Source: Paraspadella gotoi
Taxonomy: Eukaryota > Animalia > Chaetognatha
Assembly: GCA_051294375.1 (NCBI GenBank)
Contig: CM119271.1
Coordinates: 304,721-368,720 of the forward strand
Length of the DNA stretch: 64,000 bases
Direction of reading: 5' to 3'
Shown: positions 25,654 to 37,400 of the stretch, piece by piece
Layout of the letters: every line of letters starts with the position of its first letter
How positions within the stretch are numbered: the first letter of the stretch is position 1
Program-made: the position numbers and the translations under genes
The notes under the pieces: model-generated
What the model saw: the letters and a program-made list of their open reading frames with translations, nothing else
Told to the model about the DNA's origin: nothing
Databases searched by the model: none

Positions 25654-28600
25654 TTAGACGAGTTTCTTTGCCCTGAAGAACGCCTTGAGATGATGCATCT
25701 GCCATAAGCCGGTCATGCAGAGGACGGCCGTCTGAGCGATCGCCCACCACAAAACGCGACTGAAAAAGGAGAAAGGTTGGCTAATTACAATAATTCCTCA
25801 CACTAATACATTGTGGCAGCAAGACTTAAAGCTGCCTCTCTGCTGTCCGTCCTCAGCCTCGTCTCAATGGCTGAGCAGGCTAAATCATCTCATTCCATCC
25901 GTGCGTCCCGGGTTCAATCCCTGGGTATCCCGGTTCTGGCTTAAATGTGACGGTGCCGGTATAAACATGCCAGTGACAGGAGGCGGTCACTGAGGGTCCG
26001 CAGCCCCTACGCCAGTTGGTGAGATACCCCGCGCCCCGGGTATCACAGGCTATCCTCCCGTTGCCATAAGTGGTGAGCCCTACTCTCAACACGCAACCGC
26101 TGCGCACCGTGCGCCCACGCTTACGTCGCTTAGGGTATGCATATCACGCCTATGCCCTACTTCTCTGGTAACGCTCCAGACTCGCTCGCTCGCCCGCTCG
26201 CTCTCACTATGGCAATGAGATCAAAACCTTCTCTCAGACATCTCCTCAGGATTGAGGCCCCTGTGGAGAAGTCTGGTGGGGGATCCTGTGGCAGCAAGAC
26301 TTAAAGCTGCCTCACTGCTGTCCGTCCTCAGCCTCGTCTCAATGGCTGAGCAGGCTAAATCATCTCATTCCATCCGTGCGTCCCGGGTTCAATCCCTGGG
26401 TATCCCGGTTCTGGCTTAAATGTGACGGTGCCGGTATAAACATGCCAGTGACAGGAGGCGGTCACTGAGGGTCCGCAGCCCCTACGCCAGTTGGTGAGAT
26501 ACCCCGCGCCCCGGGTATCACAGGCTATCCTCCCGTTGCCATAACATCATATTATTGTATTTGAACGTGGACGGCAACATTGACGTTTAAATAAGATACC
26601 GAAACGAATTTAAACAAACCCGAAAATATTAAAGATTATTCTCTTAAGGGGACCCAGTGATAAAAATGATATCATTAGCTTAAGGTAGGGCCAAACTTTG
26701 TCAATGGGGTAGGTTAGAAGTTTGATTTGGGAACCTTCCTAAATAAAACTTCATACATTTTTAAAAAAACTTGAAATGAACCAAAATTTGTTAAAATGGC
26801 TAGAAGCATTAGCATTTTTTAATATTTATTTATTTATTTATAGATAAAAAAATATTAAAAATTTTTTTTTATTTTTTTTTTTTTTTAAATAGATTCAGAT
26901 AACTTATGTCTATACAAATTATAATTCTTTTTTTAATATTTTGATAAGTTGGTCAAAATTAAAAAAAACCTAAAAAAATCATCCTCATCATCATCTTACG
27001 ATAATTTTAACAGTAATTGCTAATTTTCAATAATAAAAAATTAAAATTTAAAAAAAATATAATTTCATTTTTTGCTTAACTTTTGGAGCTTCATCAGAAT
27101 CAATTAAAAAAATAAAATATAAAAAAAAATTTTTGACATTATATAACAATATAATAATTTTAATTAACAAATTACTTATAGTTTAAAACATTTTTGAAAA
27201 AAAAATTTTAATATAATAACTAATACCAATATATAAAATCTTTTTTTCATATTTTTATTACTTAAAAAGTTTTATTTTTATTTAATTAACAGAATCACTT
27301 AAAAAAAGTTTAAATAAAATCAGTCGATATTTTAAATTTTTAATTTTTTTTAAATAATATATTTCTATTTTTGTTTTGTTGTATAAATTTATTAGCGGAA
27401 AGAAAAAAACTTTATTTTTACAACAATATTTTAATTTTTTTTAATATAATTTTGTAATAAAAGCTTGAAAGCTTTTTTTAAAAAAATTTAAAACTTAAAT
27501 ATTTTTTTTACCAATTTTTTATTTTAAGGAGTGTAACGAAAATTCGTTTTTGAACAACAATTTAATAAATTTATAAAGACTTGTTTCGACTCTATGTTTC
27601 GAGTCTTCATCAGCAAATGAAAATATCAAAGTTACATATCTCAAACATCAGTTTTGGAGGGAGACAGAAAGAGAAAGAAAAAGAAAGAGTTTCCAACAAA
27701 GAATTGAATGAGGGATAGTGGTCAGACGTGAGGACAGGTGAAGGTAAGGGCAAGGAAGAAGAGAATAAGTGAATATGAAAATTGGAAAAATTTGGTGAAA
27801 GAGAGAGAGATAAAGACACAAATCAATACATTAAGCAATCACAAAAGGCCAAAGTTTTTTGATAGGGGGTAATTTGGAACACTTTTGGACGTATTCAAAT
27901 TTTTTATATACTAAGTTCATTTTTAAAAATTTTTTTTGTAATATATTTAAGATAGTGTCCCCTCTACAGATTGATATAGTCGTTTTTATCCTTTTTAAAT
28001 TAATATAGTCGTTTTTATCCTTTTTAAATTAAAATAATTAGAAAACACTTAATATATGTATAAATTTTTTATAATATTATAAAAAATAACTAAAACATTA
28101 TTATTTAAAGCATAATACCACTCATTAATGTTTTATGTATAAAAAATTTTAAATCTTATATTTGTAAGGGAGTAAAAAAATTTTTAATACAGTGTTCTCA
28201 ATTTTAAAAAATTATTAAATAACAATAAATACAAAATTTATATATATATTTTTTTGATTTATTGTATTTTTTACAAAGTTTTTTTCTTTTTATTCCTGAA
28301 TATCGTCCCCATTTTTTTAAAATTAATATTAGTTTTTTTCTAATTTTTTATTTTCAATATTATTTTTTATTATTTGTTTTATTTATTATTTTAATTTATC
28401 TTTTTAAATTATATTTTATTTTTTTTAAAAAATTATTATATTTATATTAATTTTATATTAATTTCATCTTAATTTTGTTTAAAATTAATTTTTTAACCAT
28501 ATTTAAGCATTAAATTCTATTTTCTTTGCTAAAAATCAATTTTTTATTATAACATTAAGAATAAAAATTTTTTTAAACTAATTATTTAACAAATATTGCT

Positions 28601-31600
28601 AACTGTTATCAATACTAAATTACTTATTACTAATACATTATAAAAATCATAAGAGGTAATAAAGAATACTTATTTTATAAGTGTTCCGTTTTAACCCAAT
28701 TTAATTATAGCTATATAAAAAAAATTTAATTATTTTTTTAAAGAAATCTTTTCAACTAAAAATTAGTAATCTCGTCTATCATATATTAATATTCCATAAT
28801 CATATTATAATAATCCTTTCTTTTCATTGTAGTTTAATATTTAGAGAAAAAGTGTTTCGACATATTTCGACTCTTTGAATTTGAATCTTCATCAGCATTT
28901 AAAATTTACAAACTTTTCAGTTGTTTTTATTAACTTTGGAAAGAATATGACTGACAGAAGCTTGAAAATGATTACGCAAAAACGAAATTTTACTAGCAGC
29001 TTTAATATTTCTGCTGCAGTTTCTGCAGCAGCAGCAGTAGAATGCTGTAATTTTAATAATGGAAAGGCAAGTTTGTAAAATATTTAATGCACCAAAAAAA
29101 AATTTAAAATAACTTTAAATAATTTTTTTATTTCATTTTAGATGTCAGTGTTCCGAATAACCCCCGTTCCGAATTACCCCGAACTACCCTATTTAAATTT
29201 TATTTTTCGATTCTTACTTTAAAATGCCAAAAAATAACTAAAAAGTAACCGCGACAATTTTCCATCATGGTAGTCAAAACCAGCTTAATTTAAGGGATCA
29301 AATTAGAAATCTACTATGAAATTAAATTCAATCGGGGCGGGGGTTCAAAACTTTAATCTTGAAGTGTACTTTTAGGTAAAAAAAGAATTTTTTAAAAAAT
29401 GTTGATTTTAATACTTTTATTGTTGCTATTAAAATTAATCAATCTTAACTTTTTTTGATAGATTCTGATAGAGCATAAAAAGTTAAATAAAAAATATAAC
29501 TACAACCTTCAAAAATTGTTATGTTTTCTTGGTCAAAATTTTTAAAAAATAATAAAATTATCAAAAAATGATGATGATGATGATAAATAGTTTTTCATAT
29601 TTTTTTTACACTTATGATCAAAATATCGAAAAAAGAATTATACTTTGAGGACAACTTTTTGCAAGCTACCTGAATCTGATCTTAAAAATAAAAAAATCCT
29701 AAAAAAATTTTAGCCTTTCCTATTTATAAATAAATATTAAAAAATTAATATATGGAGTATGGAGTAATATTAAAATTTTTTGTCTATTCATATTTTTTAA
29801 AAAAAGTTTAAATTTTCGTTTGAGCAGGTGCTTAATTCAAATTTCTTAACTACCTTACTGAGTTAGGCTCCCCCTAATCAAACATTATGCTTTCTGCTTG
29901 GTCCCCTTAAACACGCAAAACCTCCCACCTATTGGTCGATTCGCTGGTGGCACGGAATCGCTCCTCTCGATACCGTTGGTAATTTTGCTCCTTGGTGATC
30001 TGCTCTACTTGGTCGAGGAGCTGGCGGACGCGCAGTTGCAGTTCGGTCAGTTTATCCTTTGCCGCGATTGTCGCGTAGTCGTTGGCGTGCTCGCCGACCT
30101 GGACCCCCGCCCCACCATTGATTTAGTCTCGTCCGCGTAAAAAAAACAAAAACCAATTGTGTTTTTCACCTGAATGTCAAGGTGGACACGGAGTTGGCCG
30201 CTGCCGAACCACGCTGTTGAGTTGGAGTGAAGGCAAATCACGTGTTCCCCTAAGGAAGGAAAACAGATATAACGGAAGGAAAGGAGAACATTAACCACAA
30301 ACTGTTATAAACATAAAATTATGATTCAAACGTCCGAATCAATAAAATACGCGGCGCTCACCGGGGAGGTGACTGGTGAAGGTAAAGCGCCCTTCGGAAC
30401 TGTACTGCTTGGAGAGGAGGACCTTATCATCCGGGTCCCGGATCTCGACGTGCATCCCAATCCCGGGACTCGACGGGAGGTAGTCGTTGATGCTCCTAAA
30501 GATGGAAGAGGGGGTGTTGGAGATGTTGAGAAAGAGAGAGAAAGAAAGAGTGTCGAAGCTCGATCTTGTTTTTAGTCGCCAGGTTCAAAGTTCGATGTTT
30601 AGATATTGAAAATTCCAAGTTTCGGTTGACAAAGAGTGAAAAGAAAGGAGAAAGTTATGCGATTAACATGAGGTAAGGTTTTATGTTTCTAAAATTACGC
30701 AGTTTCCTTGAAGTATTTTAGTATTTTTTTGTAAAATGGTAAACTTTTCTTTTTTGGGAGAGGAGTTTGTAAATTTGGTTTAGTTTTAAGTTTTTGTTTT
30801 TGGTTGTTAGTGCAGAGAGATATTTTTATAGAATTTCCACGGTTTTTTTTTATAAGGGTTTGCACGGGTAACTTAATCCACGGGGAGTAGGGTATCGACT
30901 ATTGAGCCGAGAAAAAGGCGCCACTTGAAGGGTATTGAAGGCGTGAGGAAATAGAAGGAAAAAATTGTATATTTCGCGAAGAGTAGAAACTAGAGAATGT
31001 ATCGCTAGACAAAATATACTGAGGGGCAGGAAGAGGAGGAGGAAAGAAGAGGAAGAGGAGAACGGAACGGCAAGCTAAATCCTCCTCTGTTTAACTCACT
31101 CCTAAACCTAACTTACCCCTAACCTTAATTTATCCCTATACTTAATTTACCCTTAACTTAACCCCTAACTAATCCCTAACCTAACTTATTTCTAACCCTA
31201 ATCTACCCCTAACCTTAGCTTACCCTTAATGTTAACTTACCCCTCACGTTAATGGACCGCTAACCTTAACCTACCCGTACTTACTCCTAACCTTAACTTA
31301 CCCTTATTAGTAGCGCCGCGAGTACTCGCGAGCAACTAAGTCACTTTTCGGTCGGTCGGTCCGTCTGTCCGTCGGTCTGTCCCACTTACGTTAAACGGCT
31401 ACGTATAACTCTGCTATATATTTAGTTGCTTCATTTGTTAAAAATCAAATCTAGCGACTAGTGGCGCCGCCTTTTGTTTTTAAAAGAAATCTTATAAACT
31501 ATAAGGAATAAATGACTTGATAAATAAACCTTTCTTTTTAACTTACTCTTAATTTTAATTTATTCTTAACTTTAATTTATCATAACCTTAACTTTCAATT

Positions 31601-32683
31601 TTAATATATTACCCAACTATTAATATCACAATATCAAATTTTAAAAAATTAATATATCCGGATTCCTCTCCGAAAAATTATCCTCCTTCGTTCTGTTTTG
31701 TTCCTCTTCCTCTAACATCAAATTACTAAGAAAAACCTTGCTCTTCGTTTTCCCATAGACATCTATAGCGTATTAATCTCCAGAAATACCACCATCAGAC
31801 TAATTATTATAGTAAAAATGATTTAGTAAGTCTATCGCAGGTCAAAAACATGATATCTATACTAGGCCGGAACAGGTTGAAAACTAGAAGTTCTCTCAAA
31901 TAAATAATGGTTTAGTAAATGTTAAAGAATATGAAAAGAATTTTTAAAATTATCTTATTGATAAGCGCACGGAAGCATTTAAATATTATTTTATTACTTT
32001 GTGTGTTATTTTCCTTTCTTTTCGTTGTGTATTATGATTTAGCGAAAATAAATATTTTATTACTATATAAAGTTTAAATTTAAAAAAAAAATTTGAATAG
32101 ATTCTAATAGAGCTTTAAAAGTTAGATGAGGCTTATTAATACAACTTTTTAAAAATTTTTTGTTTCATTTATGAAAATTTTTAAAAACCACAAAATTCAG
32201 CCAATGATGATGATGATAATGATTTTTTAAGGTTTTTCTTATTTTTAACCAATTTATTGTCAAAATTTTAAAAAAATGTAGTCTAACTTTCATTTAACTT
32301 TTTAAGCTCTAGAGGAATCCGTTCTTAAAATAAAAAAAAAATTTGTCATTTCTTATATATTAATAAACTAATTCAAAAAGTTTCATTGAAAATCGATTTA
32401 GTAATAAAAGGAAAAAAAGAAATTTTTTGAAAGAACTAAAAGATATAAAGAGTGTTTAATTTTGGCCCGCCTTAATATATACCCCTTTGAATATTTGGAA
32501 TCCTCACCTGTCAAACAGTTGGACCTTATAATTCCCGATGAGAATCGTCTCGTCGGGGATCTCCTCGATGAAGCACTTCTTCTCCGTCTCGCCGATGTGG
32601 AAATAGAGGCCGCGAGTGGATGGGATGAGGATGAGGCCGAGCGCGCAGACCACGGCGCCCCACAATGAAAAAAGTCGCATCAT
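25654..32683 (-). CDS. TMED9: p24/TMED alpha-subfamily cargo receptor (TMED9/TMED4-like, 5 exons)
   Basis: Signal peptide, then [76 protein letters not shown] and C-terminal FFRAKKLV. Not in the ORF track as one ORF. TMED4 and TMED9 cannot be told apart. Confidence 0.9.
25812..26543 (+). mobile_element. Complete TRIM (miniature non-autonomous LTR retrotransposon) with tRNA-like Pol III boxes in its LTRs (Helenus-like)
   Basis: 257-bp LTRs at 25812-26068 and 26287-26543 with one mismatch. Termini TGTGGC..GCCATA, 4-bp TSD ACAT, PBS-like TGGTGAGCCC at 26071, purine-rich tract before LTR2, 218-bp non-coding interior. Confidence 0.9.
26648..29906. mobile_element. Kolobok-type element enlarged by nested MITEs
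   Basis: TTAA-ggggacccagtgataaaaatg ... cttggtcccc-TTAA. Contains a family-D foldback (about 26685-29878), a ggggtaattyggaac-TIR MITE (about 27863-29190) and a family-E end (about 29220-29271). Confidence 0.7.
31020..31715. repeat. Degenerate element with telomere-like (CCTAAC/CTTAAC) array and a HINE/DINE-1-like GTCY microsatellite head
   Basis: cctaaccttaacttacc repeats at 31100-31305; ggtcggtcggtccgtctgtccgtc at about 31350-31380; flanking gaggaagagga / tcctcttcctc inverted match. Confidence 0.55.
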
Positions 32684-33959
32684 TTACTCCTTTGGTTATT
32701 TTTCCGATGATTTTTTTTAATATGATCGATTAAAGAGGGGGGGGGGAATGAGTTAAACGAAAAGAATTCGATCTAAAATTTTCAAAAAAAAGGCCGATGA
32801 CTTAACAAAAGAAAAATATGTCGAGCGCTCGGGGGGATTAAGAGTAGAGAAAATAATGTAACTATTAGTTAACTAGATTTTCTTGGGCGATCAAAATAAA
32901 AAAATTCGTGTTTAAAGACGAAAAAAGTCTATTTTCATTTATTGAACTGTTTATTTTTTTGTACTAACAAACCGACCCGTTCGAACGGTGATATACAAGG
33001 CTATAAGGAGCAGAATGTATACTACTATACTACCATTTTAAAAAAACGAAACTGCCGGCTCGTGGTTTAAGTAGCATCGAAGAAAAATAGTTTGAATCGA
33101 ATACGGCCACCAATGAAACCAAGCTCACATCCGCTTGGCCGATCATAGTTGAGCTTGGTGGTCAAAGGTGAGCTTAGTTCGATTGGTGGCGAGATTGAAT
33201 TCTATCTATCTCTTCGATGGGAGAAAGAACGATAGAAAAGGATCGGTGATATGGCAGAGAACGCTGTTAAAACGGAGGGGGGCGCGAGGACGTCACTACG
33301 GCGAGAACGGCGATCGATTTAACTTTTTAAGATCCAATGTATTTAACTCGCTCGAATAATACAAAAGGAATCATTCAAAAGCGACCGTGTTAACTACGAT
33401 CTTTTCGTGATTATTATTTTGAGTTTTAATTGTCCAGACTTTGAAAGGGGGCGGGGGAGCAGAAAGCAGAGACCAAAACCGCTGAACACGATCGCTCTGC
33501 CTCCTCCCACCCGCCGTCGCGCGAGATGAAAGAAAGCGAACCTTGAAACGTAATTTAAATAAAAAACTTTTTTAATAATAATAACGCTGAGATAAAAAAA
33601 AATATTTCGAGGTGATAACAAAAAAAAAACATCGAATGATAACTTTTTAAATATTAAAAAATAAAAATAGTTTATACTTTTAACATTAATACATTTTGGG
33701 CTCGAAAAGAGAAAAAAGAGACAAAGAGCGCGAATTAAAAAATTAATTTCCGATTTAAGTGTTACATTTTTTTCTTATTATTATTCTTTCTTGGAAAAAC
33801 GTAAGATGGAAACAATGATTCCGAAAAAAAACAATTATTTGGCACAACGTTTAAAACTCCCCCCGCCCCGTATTTTCATCTCAAGTCCTTTCCTCCATCT
33901 CCTCCTCTTCCTCCTCTTAACTCCTCTTTCTCCTCATCGCCCGGGGATCGGGCTTGCAA

Positions 33960-34377
33960 TTAATTAGTGCGGACAGGCGCATCCCCCGTTGAGATCCATC
34001 GGAACGAGGGATGGCGGCTCAGATTCGCCGCCGCCGCCGCCGGCCGTTTTTTTCTTCTTCTTATTCTGTTTCTTCGTTGGCCTGAAAAAGAAAAAGAAAA
34101 AGAAAATCTTAAAAGCATAAGGATCGTCGCAATAGCATAAGAAAAATCTGGATTGACGACAAATTTTGATACTAAAAAAAATAAAATTTTAAAAAAGAAA
34201 ATTAAATTATAAACAAAGAAAAATTCTATTTTGCGATTGTCAATAAAAAAAAAATAATAAAGTACGGAAGAAAATTAAAGTTACAGTTTCTGAAAAATAG
34301 CAAAATGATAACATGCACGAATGCGATGCTTAATTTTACGAGTTCAATCCTAATTCAATTTTTTTTTTAATAAAAAC

Positions 34378-34420
<43 letters not shown>

Positions 34421-37400
34421 AAAAAAATCAAAAGGCAGCAGCAGAAGCAGCAGGAGAAAAGAGAGTAAAATAATAAGCCTCTGCAGAGCCAGCCAGAATC
34501 AGTGACTAGGGAAAAGAGAGAGGGAGAGAGACATGTAATTAAAAGAGAAAAGAGAGAGAGAAAGAAATATGAAAATAAAAGAGAGAAAATTTGTTTGTTT
34601 TGATAAAACGTAAACAAAACATATTTAATAACTGTCCATACTCTATTTTAAGCACATCGATGATGAGAAGCTGTATATAAATTTTCAGCTTCATACACCC
34701 AAATTTAATCATTAAAAAGGCGATCTATAATTTGGAACGCCGACGACAACAACGACGACGACGCCACTTTTGCGCAAAAGCATTACAAAAATGAATTAAG
34801 GTAGTTTTCAAACAAACTAAGATCAGATAACGATAATTTGATTAACTAAGTCACAAACAGTCGATATTAAAAAACTCGTTGCATGTTTCAATTCCGTTTC
34901 AACGACAACGAAAAAGACCGCTTTCCAAAGGAATAGACATGATTTCAATCTCGGCTCAAAATAACTTGACGGAGAATAATAATTCGTCCCTCCAAAAAAT
35001 TAATGAGATTCAAACTCCCGCAAACCTGATTTGCTGAGACAAAATATCGAGGATGGCGGGGTCAGTGATTTTATGGTCGCTCTTGTAGGCGGCTGGGTCG
35101 AAGGCGGGGCCGCCAGTGATGCGCAGGGGTCCCGACGGCATGAGGAGAACCGTGAACTTAAACTGAGGTCGAGGGAAAAATGGAGTTGAGGAAGACAAAA
35201 ATCAACAAATTGAGAATGAGATTGAAAAACGATGACACATGAAAAGGACACATTGGACAAAAAACCTGAGCGACGATCTCTCCCTCCCGTTCGAAGATGA
35301 CCGGATAAGGGTCGCAGAGGCCGTGCTTGACGCACTCGACCACGCCCATCCGCGCCTTCTTCTCGTCCTCGAAGGCGCGAAGGGTAAAGGGCATGAGGGC
35401 GAAGCGCTTGTCCATCTCGGAGAAAAAAACCCGCGACGCTTTCAGCTTCAGTTGGTAGACGATGTCGCGTTTCTTGAAGACGGTCGTCCGCGCGTCCTCC
35501 TCGCGACCTTTGCCCTCGCCTTTTTGGTGGGAGGGGGAGGTGGTGGAAGTGAAAACGAAGAGTGGAGGGAGATCGCGGAGAGATGGGGGGGGGGAATTAA
35601 GTGGGCGACAAGATAAGAGTTTTTTTCAAATCAAAGGACGGGATTATAATGACAGGGTCTTGCTACGCTATTATCTTGTAAGAGAAATGGAGCCCTAAAC
35701 CCACCATAGCCTGACCAAAGTAAGGGCACAAGATAGCGTTTCAATTAAATGAATGGATAATTACTTTGGTTGTACCATTTCATAACCAAAAACGCAAGCG
35801 GCATCATTCATTCGTTCGTTGTACTCGCCTGTGGAGACGATGACGTCGATGGCAAAGACGTCGTACATATCGAAGGTGTGGGACGGAGTCTCTTTCTTTT
35901 GGTTTTCTGTAGGATTCTGAATGATCACCTTTTCTCCGTCGATTGTGTTTCTGTGGAGTTGGTGCGAGAGCATTCCTGGACGGGGCGAAAGAAGAGAAAA
36001 AGTATTAATAAACAGTTAAACATTACAAAAAAATGTTCTAAGCATCCCCCTACCTTCAATGGGTTTGCACCCGAAGGCTTCTGCGACTTTCTGTACGGCG
36101 TCCGTCACCTCGTAACTCGTTGAGTTGGGTTTCACAAGACGGGACGCCACCTCCGACGCGTAGTGGGCCGCTAACATGGCGTCGGCCACCTGGCGGGGAA
36201 AAAATGTTCGAGAAAACTAATGAGGTTTTATTTTTTATTTACACAATCAACGCAATGGAATTTCAAACGGAATTGGTCGTCTTTAAGCTGTTATGAGTCG
36301 TCATATTTTTGGATAATCAAACAGCCGACCAATCACATCACAATGCCAGCAAAGTCTGTCTCAATGTCTATTCCGTCGATAAAGCATATGATTTGCCCCT
36401 TTTAAAGTTTGTTTTTTAATTAGAATATATTCGGTTTTGTTAGTTTGTTCGTTTCTCACCTTGCCCTCGACGGGCTTGTCCTTGCTCGCCCCGATGACGT
36501 GCGTGTGGGCGACGACGGCGATGTATCCGTCCACGTGCGCCCCCAGATCGATCTTGACGACGTCGCCGTCCTTGAGGATCACGTCGTTCTCAGACTTAAG
36601 CGGAGAAAAGTGGCAGATGCACTGGTTCACCGACAGACAGGTGGGGAAGGCGATGCCTAATAGAAAGTGTGAGGGACAGATGCAGAAGCAATTTTTTTTA
36701 ATGGTTTTTTAAGGTCAAAGAAAACTGTGGCCATGTTTGATTTACATTTTTGAGGAGTCACTTTTTGTCACTAGTTTCAAAACTTTGCTTTATAATCTAA
36801 TTAACTTGATTATTATAAAGCATTACTAATGGGTAAGTTTACTATTCGATGTCTGCAACCAACTTTAGGTACCAGCGGTCGGTGATTTGTTAATCCATTT
36901 AATTTTGTTTTCCCTCTAACTTCGAGTCTTAGTTGGCCGCATTAATTTATTTTCTTTTGTATATAAATCACGTAACAGCCAGTGTCGGTGTTTTAAGCAG
37001 GTTTTTAACAGGTTCTAATAAGTTTTTCCTTTTATGTTAGGAATTTATGGTTCCAAATGGAACCGGGATTCTTCATGGTTCTTCCCCACCAACAGAATAG
37101 CTAAACGCGACATCTTCAGAGAAAAAAAAAGAGGATCTCCTCCTCTTCCCCTCCGGTGAAGCGCCATGCCCATTTGAACGGACGTCGTAGAAGGGGGGGG
37201 GGAAACCAGTCCATGGACGAAGTCCGGATCTGAGAAACCTGTCGGCCGGACGAGGCGGCGGCCGAAAGAACTGATGGGCTATCAGTCAGTGTCCTTCGAC
37301 GTCCCTGGAGCCCCATCCATGCGCTTGGGAGGCGGCGAGGACTTGCGAGGCTTGTAGGGAAGGCGAGCGGGACTACGCAAACTGCCACGCCCACGCTTGC

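Noticed and set aside
25812-26543. Retrozyme (hammerhead in the LTR) or tandem SINE pair
   Set aside because: No CUGANGA..GAAA core on either strand. The TSD, PBS-like site and inverted termini fit a TRIM better than two SINEs.
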